In this document: piece after piece, positions 49,801-59,800 of the stretch
Layout of the letters: each line of letters begins with the position of its first letter
How positions within the stretch are numbered: the first letter of the stretch is position 1
Source: a virus
DNA: 64,000 nt
Virus record (IMG/VR): IMGVR_UViG_3300023196_003068
Location: 1 to 64,000 of that record
Strand: one strand, 5' to 3'
Made by a program: the position numbers and the translations under genes
The notes under the pieces: generated by a model
The model's database searches: none
The model's input: the letters and a program-made list of their open reading frames with translations, nothing else
Told to the model about the DNA's origin: nothing

Positions 49801-50407
49801 TTAATGCTGTAGCTCCAGCTAATAAAAGTTCCTCAGAAGCAATAGCCCCCATGATACCTACAGTATATCCAGACGATAGCATTGTGTTGGCAAGAAAACC
49901 AGCAGTTCCCTTTCTAGTAGATCCATAGAGATCCATTGTTTCGGCAAATTCTTTATGAATGTTCTCATTGCCAAATGCACCAAAGCCAAATGTATCTCTC
50001 CAGCCTACACCTGCTAATTTCCACAACCCCGTCCAAGCCCTTTGTACATCAGCCGATGCGCTTGTATTCTGATTATAAAAGGAAGAGTTATCTCTAAAGG
50101 GGTCATAGCCTAACTTACCATAGGTCTCACTACCATAGGTGAGATATCTATCAATATCTTTTCCAGCAAAATCATAAGCCGCACCAAATCCAGCCATACC
50201 AAATACCCGATCTCCTTGTTGAGCAATAACACTATTTGCTACATGATGTGGGGTTATGACATCATCTGGTATATCGTCTGGATCTGTAATGTTATCTACA
50301 TTACGGCGATGCTGAATACTATTTGCTACATCATAAGGATTTGTAATACTATTCGCTACATCATGCGGAGTTATAATATCTGTGGTGGATTCTTCTTTTT
50401 TCGCCAT
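43898..50407 (-). CDS. large virion cargo / ejection protein
   Basis: 2169 aa directly upstream of the vRNAP (TAATG overlap); Gly-rich hydrophobic segments near the N-terminus; EGFQEVGQ motif. Confidence 0.7.
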   Translation of the reverse strand: MAKKEESTTDIITPHDVANSITNPYDVANSIQHRRNVDNITDPDDIPDDVITPHHVANSVIAQQGDRVFGMAGFGAAYDFAGKDIDRYLTYGSETYGKLGYDPFRDNSSFYNQNTSASADVQRAWTGLWKLAGVGWRDTFGFGAFGNENIHKEFAETMDLYGSTRKGTAGFLANTMLSSGYTVGIMGAIASEELLLAGATALTGGAGAPLTVAEGVAVGARGMNYLHRAQKIVKGFDRMIDAINFTKNIKNARLASGVGSTGKYFRGLLPLSNTFDHVRNADKFKDLNGLAKVLEGAGALARDGRKFYMSHAESRLEANLARDEYREEKIREWNATNIGKTMDDTMLDGINADAQVAYDATYSGNFGLIYATNAVTFNGMFKSMRSVNKLFGMHRSLQLTAKRVGGRSVIEAVDPKKVVSNYLKKKISSLTWAGTAKKTLGNSMEGFQEVGQDIISGAGKRYAGGGSHLQGAYWDAFFDSIGDASWHSFASGMLMGTFASPFGASISAVNSFTKGGGYKRFTANEEFHQARERSYETAKVKAKELTKFFNDSGSWSDFANHPLFAQSIAREKMATSAEEGDRKSHEDERAEAFRLGLETLMESGMEEELIDFLKDTHNYTAEELNQAFGRTDITTENKGEFLTKVDKYVGRIKLFKETYDRIEKDVIEPINIQALEVDDPEFMEKKLLYNATKELKRELLFSEDRMHELSGRMDALYYYVTDEKFSTTDLNDILSRDDIQKRIKSLETDIAASEEYQVGTSIKKKGELEALKKYDEALEKYEKLTDNLEATEDVFDEMFKAFNDFYNLTTDTQSSKAAEIVNKEKFQEVWDYMNLRGESKVLQRFINTMKDPVSSLTHIDRIKKSLEEHEEEKERIIENSLKLFYEKKASDDAISDLLKEGIIFNLSQVDDLIKRGIMPSQFFDIKTKKQLTGERLREAQNIVSRRYKKLTGKTITAPGKGWRGKKKGKSDKRNANELIKDYSNGKNKRTTLSTFVKKLLRSKKLNQTERAILSEIIELGGVNDTRVILTDSGDAPIDMNDKGDIVIDVRFSAEDYKGGETAFEYLAISALLQNYFNQKIEANPSLKSDVEDLMEDTKHAFLKRDSKEWTKEELDQHPIFSSVAVFLSESLNNKSLQDVMARVEDISDVEGGNLWKSLKKEVEDMLRGNFDGSVLDRALDLAFLTLTDENIDEVVSQEKPIEPPVEPQESPTEEVVEEPKEEDPKEVSKDETPPIVENELEVINKTLPVLEEELAKLRAELKSTKDVSRILSWRQRNRVKKKIEDAKLKIAELNERRIKIEEDIAVDDSIPIQPGSEVQTKVDTDSSGNIIIDNETSFYQLPEELQQVFAEFHLQEIDPNHKQKPKKDDDDKAIKANKDFDSEPPVLSPMARVESLTEEDVKAIESKMSTGKYIKAMSEWNKKAHDPVKKVDNPSPPPSADENKVAPHVITSGNAIGALDNWVVDVEDGNDPKSLAYLKKYVALGKELDEAGSDWEYGELRAVIDGRLVIDVFANGKRFLMYRSVGEGNKKSKGEWVPLLGFAKNGWFIEMHHEGKDPKFNKYGSDTFDRINQELKEREREFFNPGTEFTAKNLNDFFPGFTELFSEKVVQNRLDILNSITIGDDPSVLLESIAKEYHKKKKESEKKEDADAKSSKDRFNANLELLSSDEELVYAGNDVEVPVRFKIPKSNWELFLQQWPTSALKPKEEFINDAYEFYKQINNLNKSIKKDGLNIDTEDKGAIRDLLDETFDKKTMSTEVARSINASLKKSKSPFRIERYKTATDKVSYRVFKKDPTIKDKKTDSQTLTEKLEEHFGHPTGAISNNLSIDYMVYNFLKNTDIHPNAVPGKKTRSYTAKNSKLKSVGDIINSIFNDEQLEQITALGIDIKKSVSTILKDYATVSNLKDHLVTSMEKEILSFNKMDFYTSPEGLGEVEGKAQDRELYEKTNMFLIANGAFHGDVSTLTEAEMKLYRKMNAVAEAEERVKAIDDVVYESSKKVVGRTEIYRYAKSLRSYIQESTSLKDLIAITSLINDPNFSDKQRAMLSNEVHIAIQNPDFHYKAVETKDGIMRILPSNDMRITMQRYSDGGIVSMNPLSFIGTAQLVLEEGTDYDPSKFDSTIAEEDVNELAEPLSKIFGNLAKSTKDVSEMSPEELNASIIEELNNCKN
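50225..50385 (-). repeat. short peptide repeats ITP(H/Y)(D/H)VANS at the N-terminus of the 2169-aa protein
   Basis: ITPHDVANS, ITNPYDVANS, ITPHHVANS; the first two form a 30-bp tandem at about 50316-50375. Confidence 0.8.
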
Positions 50408-50408
50408 C

Positions 50409-52850
50409 TTATTCTACTGTGAATTTATCTGCGTTAAGATCATCCCATTCTTTTAAAATACTCTTTGATATATCCATCGCTCTTTCAATATCAACTAAAG
50501 CATTGGCACCTAAAAATAATTCATAATCTTCATAGCCCATAGCGGGTTCTTTAACATTCAAAGTTTTCATCATTAAATATTTAGCACCATGCTTGTCTAT
50601 TATTTTATAGTCTTTAGATGCCTTATATTTTCCATTCCATCCAGAAATATCCCACCCTCCGGAAAGTTTATAGGCCCAATCTTGAGGAGTGTCATAACTT
50701 TCTACCGCATATTGTTCTTTAGCAGCTTCTGCAGCTTTTGTATCAACATAAAAAGTAAAACTAGTTGGCTTTTTACCTTTAGTTGTAACAACATAAGCCG
50801 ATTTTCCGGGTATAGAAGATAATCTAGCAAATCTAACATCAAAACCAAGTCTATTATCCATATTGAAAAGCTTTTTAACTGCCTTCTGTTTATCTTCTGA
50901 AGATATTTTTTCAAGATCTGCTTCTTGTATATTCTGACTATACTCTCCTAGAGCAACGTAACCCGTACCCCCATCCTGAACGCTTTCCTTTATCAAATTA
51001 GCAATTGTCTTAAAATTACTACTCTTACCGCCATTATCATCTTCATGCAACTTAACATTGTTGTGTCCAACAAGAGTCGACCTATTGCGCCCCAAACCTA
51101 ATGTTCGCGTAGACTCTATAAATATTTCATGAGGTGAGAGATCATTATAATCTATTTGATATTCATCTCTCATCTCATCATAAGCATCTTTCATATCAGC
51201 CCAGGTATATGCCGCAATGTTACCACCAACCGTTTCTCCTGGACTACGATAACTAGGCCCTTCGCCACCATAACCACCACTAGGGATTCTTTTTGTGGGT
51301 TCACGATAATTACTTTCATACATAGTCCCAGTATACCCCCTTCTAGTACTTGGATGTGTCTTTCCTTCTTTGCGAAATTTTGCTAATACATCACTAAACT
51401 CTAACAACCCTCCCGCCTCATCAAACATAGTACGCCTTATCATTTGTTTTGGGACACTATATCCTGATTTTGTTTTAAGTAAGAATTCTGCTACAGCCTT
51501 CTCTTTTAATCTATCAAATACTTCATCCGATTGATCCTGGTCTTTGAGTAAATTTTTATATATATTATCCCATGCAATCTTTTCATTTTCTCCATTTGTG
51601 GTGGAATAATAGTCAGAATTAAAATCATCGGAGTACTTGTTCATAAGATTTTTCTTTCCATAATAACCCATTCCTCCAATAAGTTTTTTTATATCCCGCC
51701 TATTCTCATATATAAACTTTTGCCTACTTTCATTATTAGCAGGAAGCTTATTAAGTCCCTCTAATAATTCAGCTGCCTTTGATTTAGCTGCCGTACTAGT
51801 TGAAGGATCATTCATCCCCCATTTTTGAATATGTTCCAACCCGGCAATACTTAAATTTTTAATAAGTTCTTTATTATTAAAACTACTTGTAGCTCCACCT
51901 CCAAAATCAGATTTTGTATAATTACCAAATCCAAAGTCTAACCAACTATTAATTATAGGAGTCATAGCATTTTTATTAAGCTGCTCCTTCATCTCTCCTT
52001 TTGTAGTTTTAATTTTATTGAAAGTACGTTTTGGATCTGTAATATCTTCAGTATGCGTAGGTATTCCTCCTTCCCAAATTTTCTCTACTGCGAATGGAAA
52101 ACTCGCTGTAAGTGATGACTTCCAGGCCATGCCCCACAATGATGTGTAATCTTCTGATACTATATCAGTAGAATATTTATCCTTATCTGCCCCATGCAAC
52201 GTACTCTCAATTATCATTTGTTGTGATATCTCTGGAATTTTTTCTGAATCCATTAGCTTCCAACTGCTAGGGCCGCTATCTGAGGGCACAAATCCAATAT
52301 CAAAATCCCCACCTTTTACACGCACCACGTCCTGAAAAGCACGAGATTGCTCAAGAAATTGTTTTCTTAGCTCATCTATCTTAGCAAAGTCCTCATCACT
52401 TGAGGCACTCTTGGAAAGTTTAGCCAGCTGCCAAGAAGTTAGTCCTAGAGCCTTAGATGAACCCTTTAGGGTTGCGGGATCATCCTCATCTGCCTTTATA
52501 TGACTTAAAGCAACTTTGTATTGACCATTAAGAGAGTTCATGAACATATCATTCATATCATCATCCCCAAACTTTAAAAAATCCTCTCTCGGCATTTGTG
52601 ATACTTTCTTCGTATCTATATCTTCTACGGAGATAGTTCCCATTTTATCAAACCCCCATTGTGGATCACTCCAATTAGTTGTGGGGGGTTCTTCTTCAAT
52701 AGCCGCCTTAATCTTAGATACTGCCGATGTTCCGGCACGCAAACCTAATCCCACACCTATCCCTCCACTCGCATCCTTATCACTAGATTTAACAGTCTTG
52801 GTAATTGGTTTAGTTGTGGTAACACCGCTTTTATCATCATCCCCCTTCAT
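50409..52850 (-). CDS. hypothetical virion protein
   Basis: 813-aa ORF in the late operon. Confidence 0.7.
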   Translation of the reverse strand: MKGDDDKSGVTTTKPITKTVKSSDKDASGGIGVGLGLRAGTSAVSKIKAAIEEEPPTTNWSDPQWGFDKMGTISVEDIDTKKVSQMPREDFLKFGDDDMNDMFMNSLNGQYKVALSHIKADEDDPATLKGSSKALGLTSWQLAKLSKSASSDEDFAKIDELRKQFLEQSRAFQDVVRVKGGDFDIGFVPSDSGPSSWKLMDSEKIPEISQQMIIESTLHGADKDKYSTDIVSEDYTSLWGMAWKSSLTASFPFAVEKIWEGGIPTHTEDITDPKRTFNKIKTTKGEMKEQLNKNAMTPIINSWLDFGFGNYTKSDFGGGATSSFNNKELIKNLSIAGLEHIQKWGMNDPSTSTAAKSKAAELLEGLNKLPANNESRQKFIYENRRDIKKLIGGMGYYGKKNLMNKYSDDFNSDYYSTTNGENEKIAWDNIYKNLLKDQDQSDEVFDRLKEKAVAEFLLKTKSGYSVPKQMIRRTMFDEAGGLLEFSDVLAKFRKEGKTHPSTRRGYTGTMYESNYREPTKRIPSGGYGGEGPSYRSPGETVGGNIAAYTWADMKDAYDEMRDEYQIDYNDLSPHEIFIESTRTLGLGRNRSTLVGHNNVKLHEDDNGGKSSNFKTIANLIKESVQDGGTGYVALGEYSQNIQEADLEKISSEDKQKAVKKLFNMDNRLGFDVRFARLSSIPGKSAYVVTTKGKKPTSFTFYVDTKAAEAAKEQYAVESYDTPQDWAYKLSGGWDISGWNGKYKASKDYKIIDKHGAKYLMMKTLNVKEPAMGYEDYELFLGANALVDIERAMDISKSILKEWDDLNADKFTVE

Positions 52851-52856
52851 TGTTTC

Positions 52857-54737
52857 TTATTTAATAATTACTGCCTGCGTATTTAGTACGTCTATAAAAT
52901 TAGCATCAGTAACTCGTTTATATCCACTAGGCCCCACCTCTCCAAATTCGGGACCTTTATGCCAAGTATTATTACCATCTTTGTAATACGTAGCATCTGT
53001 CTTATCACCAAGCTGCATTACTGCATAATATTTTTCTTTTGAAATTACAGCCCCTTTTGGTTTACTCAAATCACTCATATCCATATTTTTCTTTCCTAAT
53101 TGAACAACAAGATCGTTGTATACGTCAGTAGTTATATTTTCCCAATGAATGTTTCTATTTACTTCATCCGTAGATTCAGCTCCCAATGCTTCCAGAAGTT
53201 GTATTGCCTCTAAGTTTACTTGAGATTGTAATCTATGCTTTTCTGCAACAGCATCCTCCATCGCTTTTCTAACTTTAACTTTATCCCCCTGCTGCGCTGG
53301 GTCATTTAACCAGGCTACTATTTCCTCCAAACTCGCATTTTGCACATAATTCGACTCACCCTGACCCATTGCTTTCTTCACCGCATCCTCCACGTCATAA
53401 TTTAACAAAGCTTTCGATGCTACATCCAATTGAGTACCTTTCTCAGAAATATCCGTATCAACAGTGCTGCCATCTCCATATAAAGCCTTATATCTTGCAA
53501 CAGCCATTGCATTTTCTCCTTGTTGTCTTATTTGAGCCATTCTATGCGCAGCCTTAAGATTCTCAAGAGCAAAATCATCTGCTGTCATAGTTATCTCCAT
53601 GTCACGATGAGCTAGAGTTTTTGATGCCTTTAGTAAATCACTATTAAGATAATCCATAGCAAGAGATTCATCTATCATACTAGCTATGGCATTCATGTTC
53701 CTTTGGTTATACTTGTTCTTTTGAGCACTCTTAATCCTATCGGTAGCCTGCTTTGCCATCATTGCTTGCCCAAGTAATTCATTAAGATCATTTGCCTCTT
53801 TAACTTTTTCTGTATCCTTATCAGTATATACTCCGTTGTCAAAATCCTTTTTAAGAGCCTTAAGCTTCCCCTCTATAGAACTTACATCTAAGTCAACACC
53901 ATTTGCAATTTCTTCAGCATTGGCAATTATCCCTTCTCCTTGTTGTTCAATATAACCAAGAGCCGCATCCTCAAGAGTATTAAACTCTCCGGACTGTACC
54001 GCCTGGTGCGTCCAATCCTTTCTTTTGTTATAAGCCTGAACCTTATACATATCATAATACTGAGGGTTGTCTCTAAAAAGAGCACCAAACATTTCAGTAA
54101 GAGGGGAGATAACATTTTCGCCATTTACAGTACGGTATATATACTTTCCGCTCGGCTTGTCTAAGGTAACCTTAAGGCCTGCTTCTTCTGCATATTCAAT
54201 AGCCTTATCCATCATGTTATTATATGGTATGAACCTAACGTTGCCCATACCCATGGATTCATCATTAGAAGAATTCTTAAACTCTTCTCGCTTGTAGTTC
54301 ATATACTTCATGCCTTCGTCCCAATATTGACCACCACATTTTTCATAATCCTGACAATTCTTAAAACCTTCGGCACGCTGTACTTCACTTTGATAATTTT
54401 TAGTCCAGACCATATCCTTAACTAAATAATCATTTTCGTAAATCTGATTGAATACATGCTGCGCTTGGGATACATTAGAGTCTAATGATAAATCTAATCC
54501 TGCAACTTTTCTTAAATCGCTATCAATAAGCTTGAAAAATTCTTCACGCGACTCAATATTAATATCCCTGGTAAGTCCCGAATTAAGAATCTTACCATAC
54601 ATATCACTAAGCTTCTTATGACCAGCATCATATTTAGCCTGGCGAGTAGAGAGTAATTGTGCCTCAAACTGCCAATTAGTTTGAGGTGGTCTAACCGTTG
54701 CTACCTTATCTTGTACGTTCTGTATATAAGTTGCCAT
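52857..54737 (-). CDS. putative virion cargo protein
   Basis: 626 aa, helical, with N-terminal MATYIQ...RQAKYD; in the late operon. Confidence 0.7.
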   Translation of the reverse strand: MATYIQNVQDKVATVRPPQTNWQFEAQLLSTRQAKYDAGHKKLSDMYGKILNSGLTRDINIESREEFFKLIDSDLRKVAGLDLSLDSNVSQAQHVFNQIYENDYLVKDMVWTKNYQSEVQRAEGFKNCQDYEKCGGQYWDEGMKYMNYKREEFKNSSNDESMGMGNVRFIPYNNMMDKAIEYAEEAGLKVTLDKPSGKYIYRTVNGENVISPLTEMFGALFRDNPQYYDMYKVQAYNKRKDWTHQAVQSGEFNTLEDAALGYIEQQGEGIIANAEEIANGVDLDVSSIEGKLKALKKDFDNGVYTDKDTEKVKEANDLNELLGQAMMAKQATDRIKSAQKNKYNQRNMNAIASMIDESLAMDYLNSDLLKASKTLAHRDMEITMTADDFALENLKAAHRMAQIRQQGENAMAVARYKALYGDGSTVDTDISEKGTQLDVASKALLNYDVEDAVKKAMGQGESNYVQNASLEEIVAWLNDPAQQGDKVKVRKAMEDAVAEKHRLQSQVNLEAIQLLEALGAESTDEVNRNIHWENITTDVYNDLVVQLGKKNMDMSDLSKPKGAVISKEKYYAVMQLGDKTDATYYKDGNNTWHKGPEFGEVGPSGYKRVTDANFIDVLNTQAVIIK

Positions 54738-54752
54738 CTATTAACTTTTTAT

Positions 54753-54777
54753 CAAAAATACTAATTCGTATTAACTA
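54753..54777 (-). promoter_or_regulatory. putative promoter upstream of the 626-aa gene
   Basis: TATTTTTG (TAnnTTTG) on the - strand at 54760-54753, 15 nt upstream of the start codon; no clear -33 TTTG. Confidence 0.45.
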
Positions 54778-54785
54778 TATTTTAG

Positions 54786-56837
54786 TTAACTATTAAAACC
54801 AGTATTATAATTATCCGCATATGGAGGATTTGTATCTCTTTTACGAACTTCGTATTTACCTGAATGTATTGCCAACGCCATATCTGTAATCTCTTTTTCT
54901 GATGCTTCAGGAAGTTTTCGTCTAAGGTCTGCCCATGTTGTGGCTATTTCTTTTTCCTGAGTACCAGCAGCAGGAGTGTCTTTCCCTCTAATAAACCCAT
55001 GAACCCCTGTGTCTGGATCAGTAGCATATTGCTCACCGATAGTAGACTCTAGGTTTAATCTATTTCTGCGCTCATCCCACATTGCAATTTCATTCTCCAC
55101 AATATTATTATCAGCAATTTTTCTAGCATTAGCATATTCTTGCTGGAGAATTGTAGTTTTATCGTGATGCCCTTCAATTGCTTTAGATAATCTTTCCGAA
55201 GCTCTGTTTGCGATTTGTGTATTTGTCAGGTTCTCCCTATTGTAAGCAGCTACATTCTTATCTTCATACTGTCCAACAAGCTTGCCCATCAACTCAAACT
55301 GTTGACCAGCAAGGAAATTAGATACCTGTTGTTGTTGTGGAGCAAACATAGCCTGCTTAGTCCCCGCATCGCTTGTCATTGATTGCATTGAAGCAATTGC
55401 TTGGTCAGGGCTATAATAAATTTGATCCGCATACGTAGTATCTTCAATCGGAGTAAAGGGAGATAGTCGTGGAATATTTGACTTATTCTTTATAGCCTGA
55501 TGTAACGCTCGCTTATGATCCCAGCGATAGTCCATGTTGCGCTCCTTTGGTTGAGCATCAATATGGTCAAGATCGCCCCAATTGAATTCTTTATCTAATA
55601 TCTTTGGGTCTGGTTGAACTCTCTCAATAGAACCATCTGGATTAAAACGGTATGCCTCATATTCTCCATCGCCTTTCCATAAATACCAATTTCCATCACT
55701 CGCTTCAATTCCTTTTTCCTTAATATCACTCTGTAATAAATCGTACTTTTCTTTATCCTTGATATCAGTGATATGACTCCATGGTGCGCGATAGTGATAA
55801 AGTCCATCTTGAAATCCTTTAATGATATAATCATCGTCTATAGCCCCGCTTTTATAATAATCCTGAAGCTCCTTGTTCGTGAAATCTTTACCATTCTTCG
55901 GAGTGAATCCCTGCTGCTTCATCTTCTTTTGAAGTGCCGTATTAGGTCTATGCGACTTTTTTACGCCCTCCCAATTAAGCATGTAATCAACAACGATGTC
56001 AGGCATTTCGGATGCCTTAGCCTGCATTTCTACAATCTTACTATATATCGCCTTACGATCTTTGAACTTATTTTCGGGCAATGCTTCCAACTCTAAACGC
56101 TCAAGAGTTTTATTAAGAGATATAAGCCCCTCTCTTAGATAGGCATCCTTTGGTTTTCTAGGATTAGTTTTCCCCCAATCGTGAGGATGCACATGATACT
56201 CTCCTCCAATAGTTGCTTCAGGTAGTTCGTCAAACCCTACTTCAATACCATTTTCCGCAAGCAATGGTTGAGAATCACCAGCCTCTCCCTGTTCAGTAGT
56301 ACCAAACAGTTGGTCATAATTAATCCCCATTCTTTCCATGAATGGTTCAAAGTGTTTAGAATGTTCATCAGGAGAACCCTTCTTCTCATGAAACTCTTGT
56401 ATAGCAAACAACGCACTCAGCTTAAAGTTGCCATCATCAAGATTTTTCTCAAGAGAATCATTAGTTATCCTATCGTTATTCTCATCTTCAAGTTCCTCCT
56501 GCCATTTAGTAATATCATATTTCTTTGATACCTGAGCAAAGGTCTTAGGCTTCTTTCCGCTTTCATTGAAAAACTTTAGGATGAGTGGGTCTTTAATCTT
56601 AAGCTTATCTGAGTAAACAATAGTACCATCTGGAACATCCAAAGGAGTTCCCCCTTCACTATGCTTTTTACCACCAATAGCAACAATTTTCTTTTGATTG
56701 CTGACACCATCTGCAGTAATCATTGTTTCACCCTTCTCCGCTTCTATATTAGCTTCCTCTCTAGGCACGCCTTGATTGGTGTGCATTCCCTCCTGTTCGT
56801 CAGGAGTTTTTTCTATACGAAACTTCTTTTCGCCCAT
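54786..56837 (-). CDS. crAss-like virion structural/cargo protein
   Basis: 683 aa; ANIEAEKGE...GGKKHSEGG...VYSDKLK motif of the kind seen in crAss-like late proteins. Confidence 0.7.
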   Translation of the reverse strand: MGEKKFRIEKTPDEQEGMHTNQGVPREEANIEAEKGETMITADGVSNQKKIVAIGGKKHSEGGTPLDVPDGTIVYSDKLKIKDPLILKFFNESGKKPKTFAQVSKKYDITKWQEELEDENNDRITNDSLEKNLDDGNFKLSALFAIQEFHEKKGSPDEHSKHFEPFMERMGINYDQLFGTTEQGEAGDSQPLLAENGIEVGFDELPEATIGGEYHVHPHDWGKTNPRKPKDAYLREGLISLNKTLERLELEALPENKFKDRKAIYSKIVEMQAKASEMPDIVVDYMLNWEGVKKSHRPNTALQKKMKQQGFTPKNGKDFTNKELQDYYKSGAIDDDYIIKGFQDGLYHYRAPWSHITDIKDKEKYDLLQSDIKEKGIEASDGNWYLWKGDGEYEAYRFNPDGSIERVQPDPKILDKEFNWGDLDHIDAQPKERNMDYRWDHKRALHQAIKNKSNIPRLSPFTPIEDTTYADQIYYSPDQAIASMQSMTSDAGTKQAMFAPQQQQVSNFLAGQQFELMGKLVGQYEDKNVAAYNRENLTNTQIANRASERLSKAIEGHHDKTTILQQEYANARKIADNNIVENEIAMWDERRNRLNLESTIGEQYATDPDTGVHGFIRGKDTPAAGTQEKEIATTWADLRRKLPEASEKEITDMALAIHSGKYEVRKRDTNPPYADNYNTGFNS

Positions 56838-59800
56838 TAGTGTAATTGTGTTAAACTATATCCTGCTTTTTCTAAAAGCCTTCTTTGTTTATTAGTCATC
56901 GTATGCTCAGAACCTTTCTCCATTCCGGTAGCACCTTTAATTAATCCTCCGTATTTAGCCCAATTATCATTCATTGGACCTGTATAATTATAAAATTGAC
57001 CTTGATTAAATGAGCCAATATCTCCCGTTCCTGGAAGAACGTTCGCTCCTCTCTTATAAGGAATATCCTTTCTTAGATTATAAGCATGATATCCTTCATC
57101 CATATCCTTTTCGTGGCGCGTTAGATTTTCAAGAGCCCTTTGCTTAGCAGCTTCTGGACTATTTGCATCTCGATATTCATTCATTTGATCTAAAAATCCT
57201 TTGAATTGATGCCCAAAAGGTATTAATCCTTCTCGCGTAAATTGATCCATATTAAAATCCCATCCACCTTGGTCTGAAAATTCACCACCACTATTAAACT
57301 TCAAGCGTTTAGGATCCCATTTAAAAGGACTTCCATATATTTGACCGCCATAATATTTCTTTTCTAAATTAGGCTCCCAATTAGGGTAATCGTAAGGGCT
57401 ATATCCTCCCTCTGGCGATGCTTCTTGATTAATATAATCATCTACGGCATCTGCTAAAGCCGGGTTGTTTAAATAATCCTGCATTGTTGTATTAGTTTCC
57501 AATAAAGCTTTTTGTAAAGCTTCTTCTGAATTTGGATTGGTTCGCTTTGGATTCATGGTGCTTGCTCCCGGCTTTGATGGGGGTTGTCGAATCGCAGGAT
57601 CAACATATTGACCACTTGGATATTCTTCTCCTGGTTGTAATTGAGATTGATTATTTTCATCAGCCCAAACAAACCCATCACCAATTGGAATCTTACGTCT
57701 AGTATCACTTGAAGGAGCTTGATTTGCTCCCTGACGCATTGGGTTTTCGGCATTTCTTGCCCTTCTCTCATCTCCACGCCTACCAAGATATCGCCGCTGT
57801 CTAGATTCAGGCTGTTGTTGTTGCTGTTGTTGCTCTTGAACATTAGATACCTCTTCAACATTTGTATGTGGATACTCTTTAGCTTCTGCTTCACTTGCCG
57901 TCATTTGCTCTTTCCCTCTTGGTGTTGTAGCGATTACCATTTGTTCTTGAGAACTATTAGTCGCGACATTAGGATTATTAACGGGAACGTCAAGATATCC
58001 ATCAAACATTGGAATTCTTTCCATTTGTTGTTCAGGAGCATTTGAAGGATCCTGTGGTTTATTTGGGTCTTGAGTATCCCCTGGTCGTTGTATAAGACGC
58101 GTATTATAACGAGTTCCTATTTGCTTTTTGTTTCCAAAGATGTTAACCTTGTCTTGACCTTTACGTCTTCCGAATCGTTTCTGCTTCCATAAAGGATCTT
58201 CAGAAACAATTTCATGAGTCTTTCCTATTGCACTTCTGAATTCTTCAAACGTTTTGTCTGAGAAATCCCCAATCCCTTTAAAGCTATTCCTAGAATTTCT
58301 ACTGAAAGCCCCAAGCATATTGGCAGCTGGTTGCATTCCCCACCGTTGATTATAATATCCACCTGACCTAGGGCTACCATGTGCATTCCATCCTCTATAG
58401 TATTGATCTCTATTATTATTATACCCTTGTTGATTTCGTATATCATATACATCATTTGGATCCCAAGAACCAAGATTACGATTCCTTCTCATGTAATCTT
58501 CATATTCGGCTTGTTCCTCTGGAGATACTTCTCCTCTACTAAGTCTAGCACCGTATCGATCTTCTGGGCTCCAATGGCCGCGATTTGGATCATAGTGCTT
58601 ATATTCCTGCCCCTCATAAGCCATAGGTAAGTCATACTCACCACCATCAGCATATGAATCAATCTCTCCTCCATAAACTTTTTTTCCGGGAGAGACTATG
58701 CGATGGCTAGGGTTGGGTTGTAAAAATTTAGCAATTGCTTCTTTTTCTTCTGGACTATATCTAGTATCATCCACAAAACCAACATCCTTTTTAACTATAT
58801 TCGGATCGTTCCTTAAGTCTCTTTCAAGTCTTGATATTTCAGAAGGAGTATATGTATCTGCCTTGCTTTGAACATTTTTAAAATTAAGCAGCTTATCAAG
58901 CTCTTTTTTGCTTGTACCATACTTGCTACTTAAGGCATCATCTAAATTTTCTGCCATTTCTTTAAAGGTTTTACTTCCATAAAATTCTTTAAAGCCTTCA
59001 TCCTTTATAAACCAATTTTTATTATTATGGGTACTAGAATGACCTCCATAAACTTGCCATTTACCTCCCGTACCTTTCTTTGCCCAATTTGTTGATTTAT
59101 AAAACATCTCGGAAGAACCATCAGGCATTTTTACTTCTACAATCGGCCTTCCTTTATATGTGCCATGATACTCAATTAAATCTTTATGCAACAATTGTTT
59201 TCCAGAGGCTCCCGTTTTATCCCACATTTGACCCCTTAATTTTAGGCCTTCTAATACTTCAGGAACATCATCGACATGGGCACTCATTGGTCCAGAAAAT
59301 GAAACACCTTCTGAAACACCTTTACTTTCTGCAACTAAAAAATCATCAACAAGAGCTTGTCGTTTCATTTGTTTAGCTAAAAACTTATCAATAACAGATT
59401 GATCAACCTTTGGTGACTTAGCCGCATCATCTCCACCAGCTAAAAAATCATCAACAACAGATTGCTTAACCTTTGGTGACTTAACTGCATCGTCTCCTGC
59501 AGCTAAAAACTTATCAATAGTAGATTGCTTAACCTTCCCTGATTTAAGGGCATAGTCAATACTCCTAGCATCAAGTTCTCCCGGATTCTCTAAAAACTTT
59601 GCAATTGTTTTTTGTTCTTTAGGACTAAAACCCTTGAGAGGGTTTCCTGAAAATGGATTGGGTAGACTCCTAGGTTTTAAACCTTTCAAAGCCTGATTGA
59701 AAGTTTTAGCCCCCCTCCCTATATTTCCTAAAAAAGGAATAAGATTTAATCCTGCTGTAAGATAGTCCCCATCTTTTGTTGCTAAATCAGCGTTACTAGC

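Noticed and set aside
57810-57840. Poly-Gln tract as a contingency microsatellite
   Set aside because: It is short, uses mixed CAA/CAG codons and lies in an already Gln-rich region
59335-59545. CRISPR-like array
   Set aside because: The repeats are in-frame, degenerate and contiguous, with no unique spacers; no CRISPR array or cas gene is seen in the window
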